A stretch of 64,000 bases of DNA, from assembly GCA_048128005.1 (NCBI GenBank), contig JBEUKZ010000093.1, positions 248,001 to 312,000 on the forward strand, in the 5' to 3' direction. How positions within the stretch are numbered: position 1 is the first letter of the stretch; each line of letters begins with the position of its first letter. The position numbers and the translations under genes were made by a program. Below, piece after piece: positions 22,951 through 34,657 of the stretch. Source of the stretch: Veleropilina oligotropha (lineage: Eukaryota). The notes under the pieces were generated by a model. The model did no database searches. It was not told the origin of the DNA and was given only the letters and a program-made list of their open reading frames with translations.

Positions 22951-23657
22951 ATTTCTGACATCTCCTGTTTCAGTTTTGTATTGTCCAGTTGAATTGATTT
23001 AATTACCTTGCTTTGTTCAAGGCACTGGGTGGTTAATTGGCTTACTTTCATCTTTGCCTCAGCCAATTCATCTAGCAACCCACTATTACTATGTGTTTGC
23101 TCTGTAACCGATGTTTGCATTGCAGCTAATTGCCTTTGGTGTGAGAGAAGAAGTTTGTCTTTCTGCTTGGCTGCACGCCTCAAGTATTTGTTCATTGGAG
23201 TTCCTCTTGGGGTTTGATCAGATAAAGGAGTTGATGCTGTTTGTTTTAGTTCTGTCAGTGAAGTATCTGTCAGGGAGGTTTCAGGGTTTAAGTTGAACAT
23301 AATACTTTCAAAAGAACTTAACTTCCACAGCATACAGCCTTCTCCCTGTATATGCATCTTTCTTTTACTCCTGTAAAAAGTTAGGGTTACCTTGAGACCA
23401 TTTTCTGTACATTGTATAATGTCTCCATTTTCACCTTTCTTTGTAAAATCATTATATCTCTCCAAAGCAGCGTTCCACACTTTGTCAAACAAGCCATCAG
23501 TGGCAAATGTTACAATAATACTCCTGTTTGGTGTATTGTCTTCTAAGGTATATTGGGCAGTATTCTCTTCATGTTGGACCTTTTTGAAGTCAATTGGGCT
23601 AAATCCAGTGAAGGTGTCAAGCGAGTTGCACAAAAGAAAAGCACTGCTGTCGGCCAT
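22951..23657 (-). CDS. LINE ORF1, 5' part
   Basis: ATG at 23657 (MADSSAF). Joins 20297 in frame once the MULE and one TSD are removed (QEMSE-INQIQNTG), giving 635 aa. Confidence 0.85.
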
Positions 23658-26082
23658 CTTGCCAGGGTTTCTCAAGCCACACAAAATTCTTCAACATGAC
23701 ATTTTGACAATTGTAGCAAGATTCATTGTCACTGTTCACTCATAGTTCTCAAAATCATCCAAATACCTTTCAGCAACATCCTCGTATTGCTTTGACAGCC
23801 TATCTTCAAGTCGATTTGCAAAAAACCTGCAGACTTTGTACATGTCCTGCTTTGAACTTAATGTTTGGAAATATACAGGACAATAAGCATCGATCCTTTC
23901 CTTTCCTTCGAGGCTGAATAATTGTTTTAAATTTAAATGTAACTTGCAATGAAATAAATACTGCTTTTGTAAAGAGACCTGAAATATACATACATGTAAA
24001 AAGTAACTCTGAAGTAATAAAATGCTTATGAAGAGTATTTTTGTATGTAAAGATCCGTGACCAGTCATTTCATTAGTGGAAGTATGTGAACTCAAACGAG
24101 GTGAGGCCGCTCCGGTAGCCAAGTGGTTTCAAGTTTTGACTCAACATTTACTTAATTGATTGCTCTATCAAATTAGTAGCAGTACGTTTTAATCTCATTT
24201 GGTGCAATAACATTCCCTTTACCAGTCACAGATGTCCATAGCGGACCCGAGAGAGCGGATTTTCCCAGGACCGTGAGATCTCGCGATAATATTGACATGT
24301 TGTGGTATGAGCCTGATTAGTTGCAAAAACAGGACGTTAATCCACTCAAAACAAACATGGTTATCCTTTTTGTGGAGCACCGTGCGCGATGACGTCATAA
24401 CATTGGATCACAGAGATATGAACATGCATAATCGTACTATCCAGCCCTCCCGATATGTTCTGGAGGCTCCCGATATGAAGATGAAAATCACTTTAAATTT
24501 GTTCTTATTTATCATTTGTAGATTAATCATACATTGTCCTTTATAGCATTATTTCAGACTTCAAGATGGCAGAAAGATCCGCTTTGTTATGAACTTTATT
24601 TCCACCTCTAACTGACATTAATATCACGATTCGCCATCATGGACCGTTGGTAAATGTGGATCTGGGTTCGATCCCCTCAATTTCTTGATATTACGTCATT
24701 TGATTGACTTGAGACTGAAATTTACATTTACATTTGCCACGATGGCACATTTTAAGGATTTGGCGGCCACATAGGACCCCCATCTTGGATTTCTCAATAA
24801 AGTCATAATGGGCTTTTAATGATTTGGGGGCCACATTACACCGCCATCTTGGATTTCACAATTATGTAATCATTTCGCTATAATTTAAATATGCTCATTT
24901 CATTCCTAGATCACTAAAACATGGGCATGTGCATGAAAATCACTTTTCTAGTTTTAATATATGTTATTTTGCACCAACAATGAAAACATTCATATCATTA
25001 AAATGATGACACAGAGACAGTTCCGCATTGGCAAATTTCAGACATAGAGTACAGAGAAATAAGCGAAAACGGAGTTTATTTGCAACGTATTGAAGCTAAA
25101 TTAGACAAATTGTGAAGTTTTCGGTCCAAACATATCAATATCAAAATTAATTTAAGGTATGTTATTTTGCAGCAATAGAGCTAAAAGTTATATAAATAAA
25201 AAGACCACATATAGATTGTTCTGAATATCTAAATATAAAGTAAAGTGGAGAAAACAGCGAAAAATATGCTTAAATTAAGTTTAGTTTCGAAGTTGCTCTA
25301 GATCGCCAAGTTTTGACGCAAACTGTCGTTTTCCGTCAAATCATATCAATTTGAAAATTAATTTAATCTAGGCTATTTTGCAGCAACACAGATAAAATTT
25401 ACATTTGTAAAGAGACCACATAGAAATTGTTCCGAATATTTAAATATAAAATATAAGAAACAGAGGAAAATAAGCGTAAATGAAGTTTGCATTCGAGGTA
25501 CCCAAGACAATTTGCCTAAGTAATCTATCTTGCTAGGTAAACCATCTCGGAACAGCGAGTCTGACGGCTGATGCACAACAGATGCAGTCAGATATAGGAT
25601 GTTCTGACAGAAAAGAAAATACCTGCCACTGAATTGCAACACCAAATTAAATTTACAACAAATGTCCAGAAAAAGGTTGATTGATGTCAATATTTTATTC
25701 AGGTAAATCAATCGACGGCAATAATAATACATACATTTATCTCATATGAACATATACATAATTATTATCGAGCTTGTAGTTTGACTGGGTTTGGGTTAAA
25801 CTCTAGTGATGATCGATGGCCATGACTAGTGTAACGTAGTCGGCCGACATTCTTTTGTTGGCATCATTTTCAATTTGATACCTTCTGTACTGATGTGGCT
25901 GAGGGTACAAGGCGTAGCGCAGGTCAGAACTAGACTAGTCCGCTCTCCTAAATCGTAATCAACTGTTTAGTCCTGAACTCGACCTACGCCTAGCTCATAA
26001 AACCGATCACAGGTCACCCGGGAAGTCATTATTAATATTCACAACTCTGACTGTTAACTCCACAAATTACACACTGTTATGA

Positions 26083-26531
26083 AACAGAGCAGTGGTGGCT
26101 CCCTATATTCACACGCACAGAACAGAGCAGTGTTGGCTCCCTATATTCACACGCACAGAACAGAGCAGTGTTGGCTCCCTATATTCACATGCACAGAACA
26201 GAGCAGTGGTGGCTCCATATATTCACACGCACAGAGCAGTGGTGGCTCCCTATATTCACACGCACAGAACAGAGCAGTGTTGGCTCCCTATATTCACACG
26301 CACAGAACAGAGCAGTGGTGGCTCCCTATATTCACACGCACAGAACAGAGCAGTGTTGGCTCCCTATATTCACACGCACAGAACAGAGCAGTGTTGGCTC
26401 CCTATATTCACATGCACAGAACAGAGCAGTGGTGGCTCCCTATATTCACACGCACAGAGCAGTGGTGGCTCCCTATATTCACACGCACAGAACAGAGCAG
26501 TGTTGGCTCCCTATATTCACACGAACAGAAC
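26083..26531. repeat. Minisatellite, 38-bp unit with 33-bp variants, about 12 copies
   Basis: ACAGAGCAGTG(G/T)TGGCTCCCTATATTCACACGCACAGA repeated. Confidence 0.95.
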
Positions 26532-26574
26532 TTGTGAAGAATGCAGTCGTATGGTGGCCATGACAAGCGGCTAA

Positions 26575-27253
26575 GGCCCTGTCTGATTACAACGAATCCG
26601 AAACCGGTTTCAGATTATGTACTGTCTGTTTACAACAGATTCAATGAATCTGAATCCGGATTCGCGAATCGGTGAATATGCTCCGCGAGGTGGATTCACC
26701 AGATTCGATGCTGAAAACAAGATGGCGGCTATCGGAGATAATGCGTAAGTTTGCATTAATATTTACGGATATTGAATAAAGCTACATGTTGACACATCGC
26801 AGTATGATTATGCAACTTTTATTTATGCGAATGACGCTACCAACAGCTAAGCAATAATTCGGAATATTAGAAATTAAGCTGCCATATCATCTTAAAAAAT
26901 GAAGTCGAATATCGAGAACGGGATCGATCGAACAGCTCAGCTTCTTGACAGTCCCTCACGCCAAACACCACACCGATTCATATTCCAGCCTGGCAGGTCA
27001 ATAATATTGTAATTTACTTTAATCAGCTTATGGTTACCGTTCTAAAGTCCCGTCACTGTTTGCACGATTATTTCGGGAATTGGCATTGTTCGTGATTATC
27101 CGCAACAAGAAATGCATACGCCTAGTGTATGTTAGCCAGAGCAGTTGCTACGGTGATACCCATTTTCAGATTCATTGCGTTATTTTACAACAGTTGGATT
27201 CGGGAATCTAGATTCAGAATCCGAATCCGGATTCATGGTAATCAGACAGGGCC
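26575..27253. mobile_element. Non-autonomous TIR element (probably a PIF/Harbinger MITE)
   Basis: TIR GGCCCTGTCTGATTAC / GTAATCAGACAGGGCC, flanked by TAA and TTA, with subterminal GAATCC/GGATTC repeats. Confidence 0.75.
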
Positions 27254-28254
27254 TTAGACTAGAGGCATTTAATAAGCTCCCACGTGATACATACTGAGCT
27301 AGCTAATGTATTCTGCTAGCTGCGTTAGTCCCGTACACGATTGATTACACTATTACAACACATATTAGCAATATATACTTTAGATATCCCAGAATCTCTT
27401 ATAAATGTTGCGATAAATAAATCTGGCTATGTTTCTGATCTTTCACTCGATCGGGCATTCGGAAATGGTTTTCTGAACTAATTGTTTACGCTAGCTGTGG
27501 TGCGCATCTTTGCTTGAATCTATTCATCAAGATAATTTTTAGTATCAATCTGTTCTATCGATACTCGCTTTCAGTAAGTTGATTCAATGATTTCTAATCC
27601 ATTGTCCAGGATGAATGTTTTTTCAACAAAATTTTAAAATCTTAGGCTTAATTATGATCTTACGCGCTCTTTGAGTCCATGATTTGACTACAAAGGACTA
27701 CCCCGCTACACATCTAACTTAATTTAGTTCGATTAGTTGCCTTTATTGTTTAATTAATAAAAAATGAGCACCTTTGCAGCTCAAAACAAGACAATCCCGA
27801 GATTGCAACCATTCGCCCTGGTGGCAAGAAATATGGTGATATGTGTGCGAATTATAGCTAAAGAACATTGTAAGGAGCATATTAAGCATCTTTGTTGTTG
27901 GAGATTTAATGGTAATTTAATGGTAATTTTGATATTGTTCATATGTACTGAAATATATAGTGAAATGGGGCTTTTAAAATGGCAATTCTGTAAATAAAAT
28001 CCCATATAATATGTGCGTTAATTTAGTGTCTGTTTTTTATTCAGCAATGACAACAAGATGACGAAATATTTTAGTTTATATATCTGTATGCATGAAAATA
28101 TGGAAGCAAAGACACAAAATGTAAGTGTACCAACACATTATGAGCGTTAAAGGTAAATAAATATCTATATATTTATGAAAACAACACAGTTGCACGCAAA
28201 ACAAAACATATGGCTCGAATAATTTATTGTGACAGTAATGCGATGTTATCAGAT

Positions 28255-28570
28255 GCAAGTCCGACTAGAGCGAGGTCAGCGCAAATGACACTTACTACTT
28301 GTCATCTCTGCATGACAGCTATGTAAACACGGTGTATTAAGCAGCAGAGGAAATAATTATAGTTTGAAAAAATACGAAATTGCGCCATAAAATCCGGATT
28401 CGGATCATCTTTGAGGAGGACCGAGCGTAGGGTGGACCCTATCTCGTGTGCAAAAACAGAGTTAATCGGAGCAGCAGTTGCCGATATATGCTCGCGGACA
28501 GACAGACACACAGACAAACCGACCCGATTGCAATACCTTCTCCAGCCACTACGTGGGCGAAGGTAATAAT
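28255..28570 (+). mobile_element. Helentron-associated (HINE/DINE-like) non-autonomous element
   Basis: (GACA)n-like tract at about 28497-28520 followed by a terminal hairpin CCTTC...GAAGG and TAATAA. Confidence 0.4.
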
Positions 28571-28912
28571 CACATTTTACATATCATGATTCCACAGGGG
28601 GGCACGGGCCGCACTTTTCAGCCCAAAAGGTTTTTTTGTGCCCCCCCCCCCCCCCTTCCAGAGTACCCCAGGAGTGTTAACATAATTAACTAAATTAGGT
28701 AATATAATGAACAGATACATATTGGCTAGTATACTCAATTATGATTTTAAGTATGTACCTAAATTGCTACTTTATTTTGAAGCAATCAATAATATCAGAC
28801 AAAGCTGCTTCTTATCCCTTAACGATCACACCCAGTGGGTCACTTCAAAGTTATTCTCCCCTCTACAAATGTACCGTTTTGCGATCCTCTGTTAGTTAGT
28901 ATTGTGACAGCA

Positions 28913-28953
<41 letters not shown>

Positions 28954-29619
28954 AGCATGTCGTTGTTTCAAATCTGCCAGGCAATCCATAGAGCTGAACT
29001 AACACACAGATATTAATTTTTTGAATACAAAATGTGTTTGACTTTATGTACTAAACTTGCTGTATAGCATTTATTGGCATCTCCATGGGTTGCAGAGGGT
29101 CCGCCCTCCCGCATTGAAATTATGAAATATTGTTTTAATTGCATTGTTATAATACCCTCTTCAGCAATTATTCAGTGATATCGCAATCAGGATCACAGGT
29201 TTAAGGTCATATCTGATATGAAAAACATATTATATCGGAGATACGACCCCCCCCCCCCCCCACCCACTTCTTTAGTGACAAAAGCGAAATTTTCTCATTA
29301 AACTGGTTCATCATGAATGTCTGTAAAAATACTGAGTTTTCACTCTCAGATTGCATGAGAGGGGAGTTTCACACAGTTGATTGTCAAAAATTTCATCCAT
29401 GTTGGACCGCCGGCCCCCGCCCCACGCGGTCAGCTGAAGGTTTACTATAAAATTGGGACCCCCCTGAAAAATCCTGGATCCACCCCTGGAATGATTGTGT
29501 TTAATAAATATGTCGTTTCCTCATTAGAAACAGATAACGTAAATAAGGAATCAAATAATATATTGACCGAAAGTGTGGTATCGACATTGAAGCAATTTTG
29601 ACGGGAATCATTTTAATTT

Positions 29620-32214
29620 TTAGTTGTATATACATACCTGGTTATGTACAATATTTGTCGCTTCCAACCTTGTCTTAACAACACGGTCAACTGGGACAGG
29701 AGCGTCTATAGTGAAAGGAGCATCTACAGTGGCAGGAGCCTCTACGGTGACAGGAGCGTCTACAGTGGCAGGAGCGTCTACAGTGGCAGGAGCATCTACA
29801 GTGGCAAGAGCGTCTACAGTGGCAGGAGCGTCTACAGTGGCAGGAGCGTCTACAGTGACAGGAGCATCTACAGTGGCAGGAGCGTCTACAGTGGCAGGAG
29901 CGTCTACAGTGGCAGGAGCGTTTACATAGACAGGATCATCTTCTGCGACAGGATTGGCGACAGGTGGAGGAGCGTCTATCATGAAATCCTGTAAGAAAAC
30001 AATGTAGTGATTTTATGGTCAGCGAGCATTCATAATAAAGAATAATTTCACTAATCCTAATGAAACTAGAGTTGTAATCCAGCCTAGCGTTGCAATCCAG
30101 CATTTCAAGCCCAACATTGATGTAACTACTATTTCCATCTGAACGCGAAATTGAACAGCTGTCAGTTTGCAGCATATAATAAAATGTTGTCATGGAAAGC
30201 ATTGCGTCAAGCAAAGCTATACCAGCATTATTATACTTGACAGTCATGGAATATATAAGTTTGCAACAGCTATTTTAAAATTGTTCTCTAAAGAATATAT
30301 TTTCCTGCATTGCAAATGAAGAATATGCTGCAATGAATCCATACTCAGAAAAACATACCTTGTCATGCACAGATTCCTTAGTGGTAGGTTTTTCCAGGGG
30401 GTCATCTGCAGCTCTTTCCATCTAGATAATGCAAATATATGGTAATATTAGCTGTGATATAAATTTTAGACCTATTTGGGTGAGATAAAAGTAAACAGAG
30501 TGAATAATGTCAAGTTGTTATATTATATGAATAATTTCCTTATACAAACCATCTTAATATAGCTAGATGATACATTTGCAATATTATTTTTCAAATGAAA
30601 TATCACTGCAGAAATGTTCTATAGTTAATAGACATAAAACCCTGATTCCATCAATCAACTAATACATACCTCTAAAGGTGTCCTAGCATGACGTCCAAAC
30701 ATGAGAAAAAAGGGCGAGTACTTGGTCGATGCCTGTCTTTGGGTTCGAATGGAAAACGCCACTTCTTCCAAGTACTCGTCCCAGTTATTCTGATGTTCAT
30801 TGGCCAGCTTACTTAGTCGAGTTTTCACAGTTTGGTTCGTGCGCTCATCCAAACCATTTGTTTGTGGGTGGTAAGCGCTCGTCACTGATCTTGCGATTCG
30901 AAAATTCCTGCATACTTCTTCATTGATCTATAATAATAAAATGAAATAAATGATTAAATCCTCTGTGAGCATGTGGTATGCAACAATTCATGCTCACGTC
31001 ATTAATTAAAGACAATATTTGTTATTATAGTTTTATTTCCTGGTAAGTGAAAAAATCGCTAAATGTTGCTATTGTATTAAATGAAGGTGGACAACCAATT
31101 CTTCACATTAATATGGCGTAGACATCCACAAATTTCGTAAAATAGTCCGCAAAAGTTAAGATATATTTACATCCGTTGTCTGTTGTTGGTAAGGGGCCTA
31201 CAAAAAAAATATCATTTGTTGCATTAAAATTTACAAAATCTAACATAAGATAATATAATGCTGATTTTTAAAATATATGTATGGATCCACACAACAAATA
31301 TTAATTTCAGCTATGTATTTGCAGAGCAATACAGAATTTAGCCCTTTTATGACTATCTGCTACTAACTGAATGTCAATCTATAAATATAAATGGGCCTGA
31401 CAAAGTATAAATTATGAAGCGAATGAAATGATATCATTCTATCCTCATATATATTAATTGTCACTGTGGTGTAACAGAATTCGTTAAATAACTCCCTATT
31501 AATAAATTCCACAGCCAGCATATCGCAATTATATGATAGTATATTCTTACCGATTAAATCCATTCCCACAAGTTCCAAGACTTCCGTTACTGTTATAGGC
31601 TGGAGAACCGGTGCCTGAGTTTTAATTTTCTCAAACACTTGGCACTTATCGCATGATGATACCTAGAAAATAATTTAAAAAATGATTACAAAACTACAAA
31701 TGATGACACCACAGATGTAAATTTAAACATAAATACAATTCCTAATATGATTCAAATCGTTAATATACTGATGAGTATTTTCCATATATTTTAGGGACAT
31801 CGGAAGTTGCGATTTTATATTAAATGTTATCTTTATAGTGTATGTAATATAGTAATCACTGGGGTGGATTTGCTTCTGGAAAGATTCATTCCTCATTGAA
31901 AAGATTTTCACATTCACATTTCAAAGCTTCGAAAATGTATAACAAACACATCATCTTTATATATTCACTATTTAGCTGTCTTATGAAATAAAATGTACAG
32001 GAAAATAAATATCAATAACTTACAAAGTTGGAGATATCCTCCTTCATTCCGTTCCAGAAGTAATGTTGCGCGATTTTGTAATAGGTCGTTGTCACGCCAC
32101 TGTGTCCCCCCATTGGATTGGTATGGTACTGCGCCAAGATATCGGCCACTTCCTCATCATGCAGGATCACCCTTCTTTGGCTGCCATTCTTTGGGCAATA
32201 GTACAACTCCTTTT
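29620..32214 (-). pseudogene. Intron-containing Gypsy-like integrase (Ginger/GIN-type transposase), decayed
   Basis: GT-AG exons: 32214-32024 (YH...GGHSG...YFW), 31662-31551 (CDKCQ...GMDLI), 31197-about 31100 (GPLP...DYFTKF, then a stop), about 30926-30671 (TSAYHPQTNGLDER...SPFFLMFGR), about 30422-30359, and about 29988-29640. Confidence 0.8.
29695..29925. repeat. 18-bp minisatellite (encodes VDAPAT repeats on the minus strand)
   Basis: CAGGAGCGTCTACAGTGG, about 12 copies. Confidence 0.92.
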
Positions 32215-32389
32215 CTGTAAAGGAAATATTACAATTTATCACCATGCTGCTATGTCGGATGTACATTATCTATATACTCCCAACTGTGACATTTAGAAAA
32301 TGTGACTATTTGATAATAGCTTTAACAAGTGAAATATATTAGATAAAGACTCATTCGCTGTTAACATAAAAAGGTTCCCACTCTTTATG

Positions 32390-32773
32390 AGCGCAGGACT
32401 TTCCTCAACTTCGTTAGCACTTTTTAATGACCCAGTTCAAATAACCTACTGTCTTACCTGTCAACAAAACACATTTTATTTGTCAAGTAACAACTTAATA
32501 TCTCACGAATTAACAATAAGTTGACATATAAATGCATAATTCACAACTTTGGATTCGTTAATTATCATCAAAATTAATGATAGCGCAGGACTTTCCTCAA
32601 CTTCGTTAGCACTTTTTAATGACCCAGTTCAAATAACCTACTGTCTTACCTGTCAACAAAACACATTTTATTTGTCAAGTAACAACTTAATATCTCACGA
32701 ATTAACAATAAGTTGACATATAAATGCATAATTCACAACTTTGGATTCGTTAATTATCATCAAAATTAATGAC
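32390..32773. repeat. 192-bp tandem duplication
   Basis: AGCGCAGGACTTTCCTCAAC... at 32390 and 32582, identical by eye. Confidence 0.9.
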
Positions 32774-32831
32774 AGCACAATGTTGGTTTATAAGCACTAG
32801 TGGGAGCCATGTGGTTAATTTACAATATTAA

Positions 32832-33630
<799 letters not shown>

Positions 33631-33633
33631 GGG

Positions 33634-33847
33634 AGCAGCAGGGGGGGTGATTGGACTTTTTAGAATGGGAAAATAAGGCTCCCAGCACCTGTTCAGAACT
33701 GAGCTGGTATTACTGAGGGGAACTATGGAGTATAGACTAGGGGCGGGGCGGCCGCCGTGGAGGCTCCCAGCCCTATTTTGGGACTGAGGGTAGGGATTGT
33801 ATTACAAAAAGTCACCGTGTGTACAAACTAGGGTAGCTTAGAATAGT
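33634..33847 (+). repeat. Left TIR of the Polinton-like virus
   Basis: Outer 42 bp and inner about 60 bp are identical to the reverse complement of 49278-49491; the middle has diverged. Confidence 0.92.
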
Positions 33848-34029
33848 CAGCAGGGGGGTGAGTGTACTCTAATAGGGGCAGTTTTTCAGGCATAAAACCA
33901 GCAGCAGCAGGGGGGGTGACCATACCTTTTATCTGGGGGCGCGGCGAGGGAAATTAAGGCTCCCAGCCAGGGGGGGTGATTGGACTTTTTAGAATGGCAA
34001 AATAGCAGCCCGGCGAAGGCTACAGGACA

Positions 34030-34218
34030 TCACTGAGGGCCCGCCAGCGTTTGATTTCGTGCAACTCCCTTTCTACCGTCTTTGGTCTTCTTCTTATATA
34101 TCGCTTGTTCACCATTGTCGAGTACAACGATCAAAACGTTATAGCCCCGGTTTAAGAGGTTTTTAACGCGCCTGAAGCTCCGTTCGCTGTACAGCGTAGG
34201 AATGTCTTCCTGCGGCAT
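34030..34218 (-). CDS. Small basic hypothetical viral protein
   Basis: ATG-initiated 62-aa ORF (MPQEDIPTLYSERSF...), divergent from the replication genes. Confidence 0.4.
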   Translation of the reverse strand: MPQEDIPTLYSERSFRRVKNLLNRGYNVLIVVLDNGEQAIYKKKTKDGRKGVARNQTLAGPQ

Positions 34219-34366
34219 GTTGCTTTCAAGTATAACTACACAACGTCTAACATGCCGATATAGTAGTATGTAGTAAGAGCCCGTAGGGACGGCCCACAAC
34301 CCTCGCCGGCCCGGGCTCTCTTTTAGACATACCCATCGGACGGGTATATCCAATGCAAAGGATACG

Positions 34367-34642
34367 ATGTGGGGAACGGACACCTGTCAATGGCTCACCA
34401 TCAGCTCCACGGAGCTATGTGGTAAGAGATGTCTGAACACGTATTGCAAAGTCCACCTGGCTCGGCTACGGCGAAATGGCTGGGGCACAAAGCCCTGCAT
34501 CAAATGCGGCAAAGGCGTCTTTAACCGGTTTACGTTGTGCCGGGGTTGTGGGTATCAGAATGAAGACGTTAAGGACTGGCAACGAAAGAAAAGGGCCTTC
34601 CAGAGAGAGTTTCGCCGCATGGCTGCAATCTACCACACGTAA
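34367..34642 (+). CDS. Small Cys/His-rich zinc-binding viral protein
   Basis: C-x10-C-x3-C-x4-C-xx-H followed by CIKC...CRGC; lies directly upstream of the large replication gene. Confidence 0.7.
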   Translation: MWGTDTCQWLTISSTELCGKRCLNTYCKVHLARLRRNGWGTKPCIKCGKGVFNRFTLCRGCGYQNEDVKDWQRKKRAFQREFRRMAAIYHT

Positions 34643-34657
34643 TTTCCTATTAGAGAA

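Noticed and set aside
26079..26574. CRISPR-like array or repetitive ORFs
   Set aside because: Contiguous tandem units with no unique spacers and no cas genes, in a eukaryotic context. The ORFs arise from a stop-free repeat.
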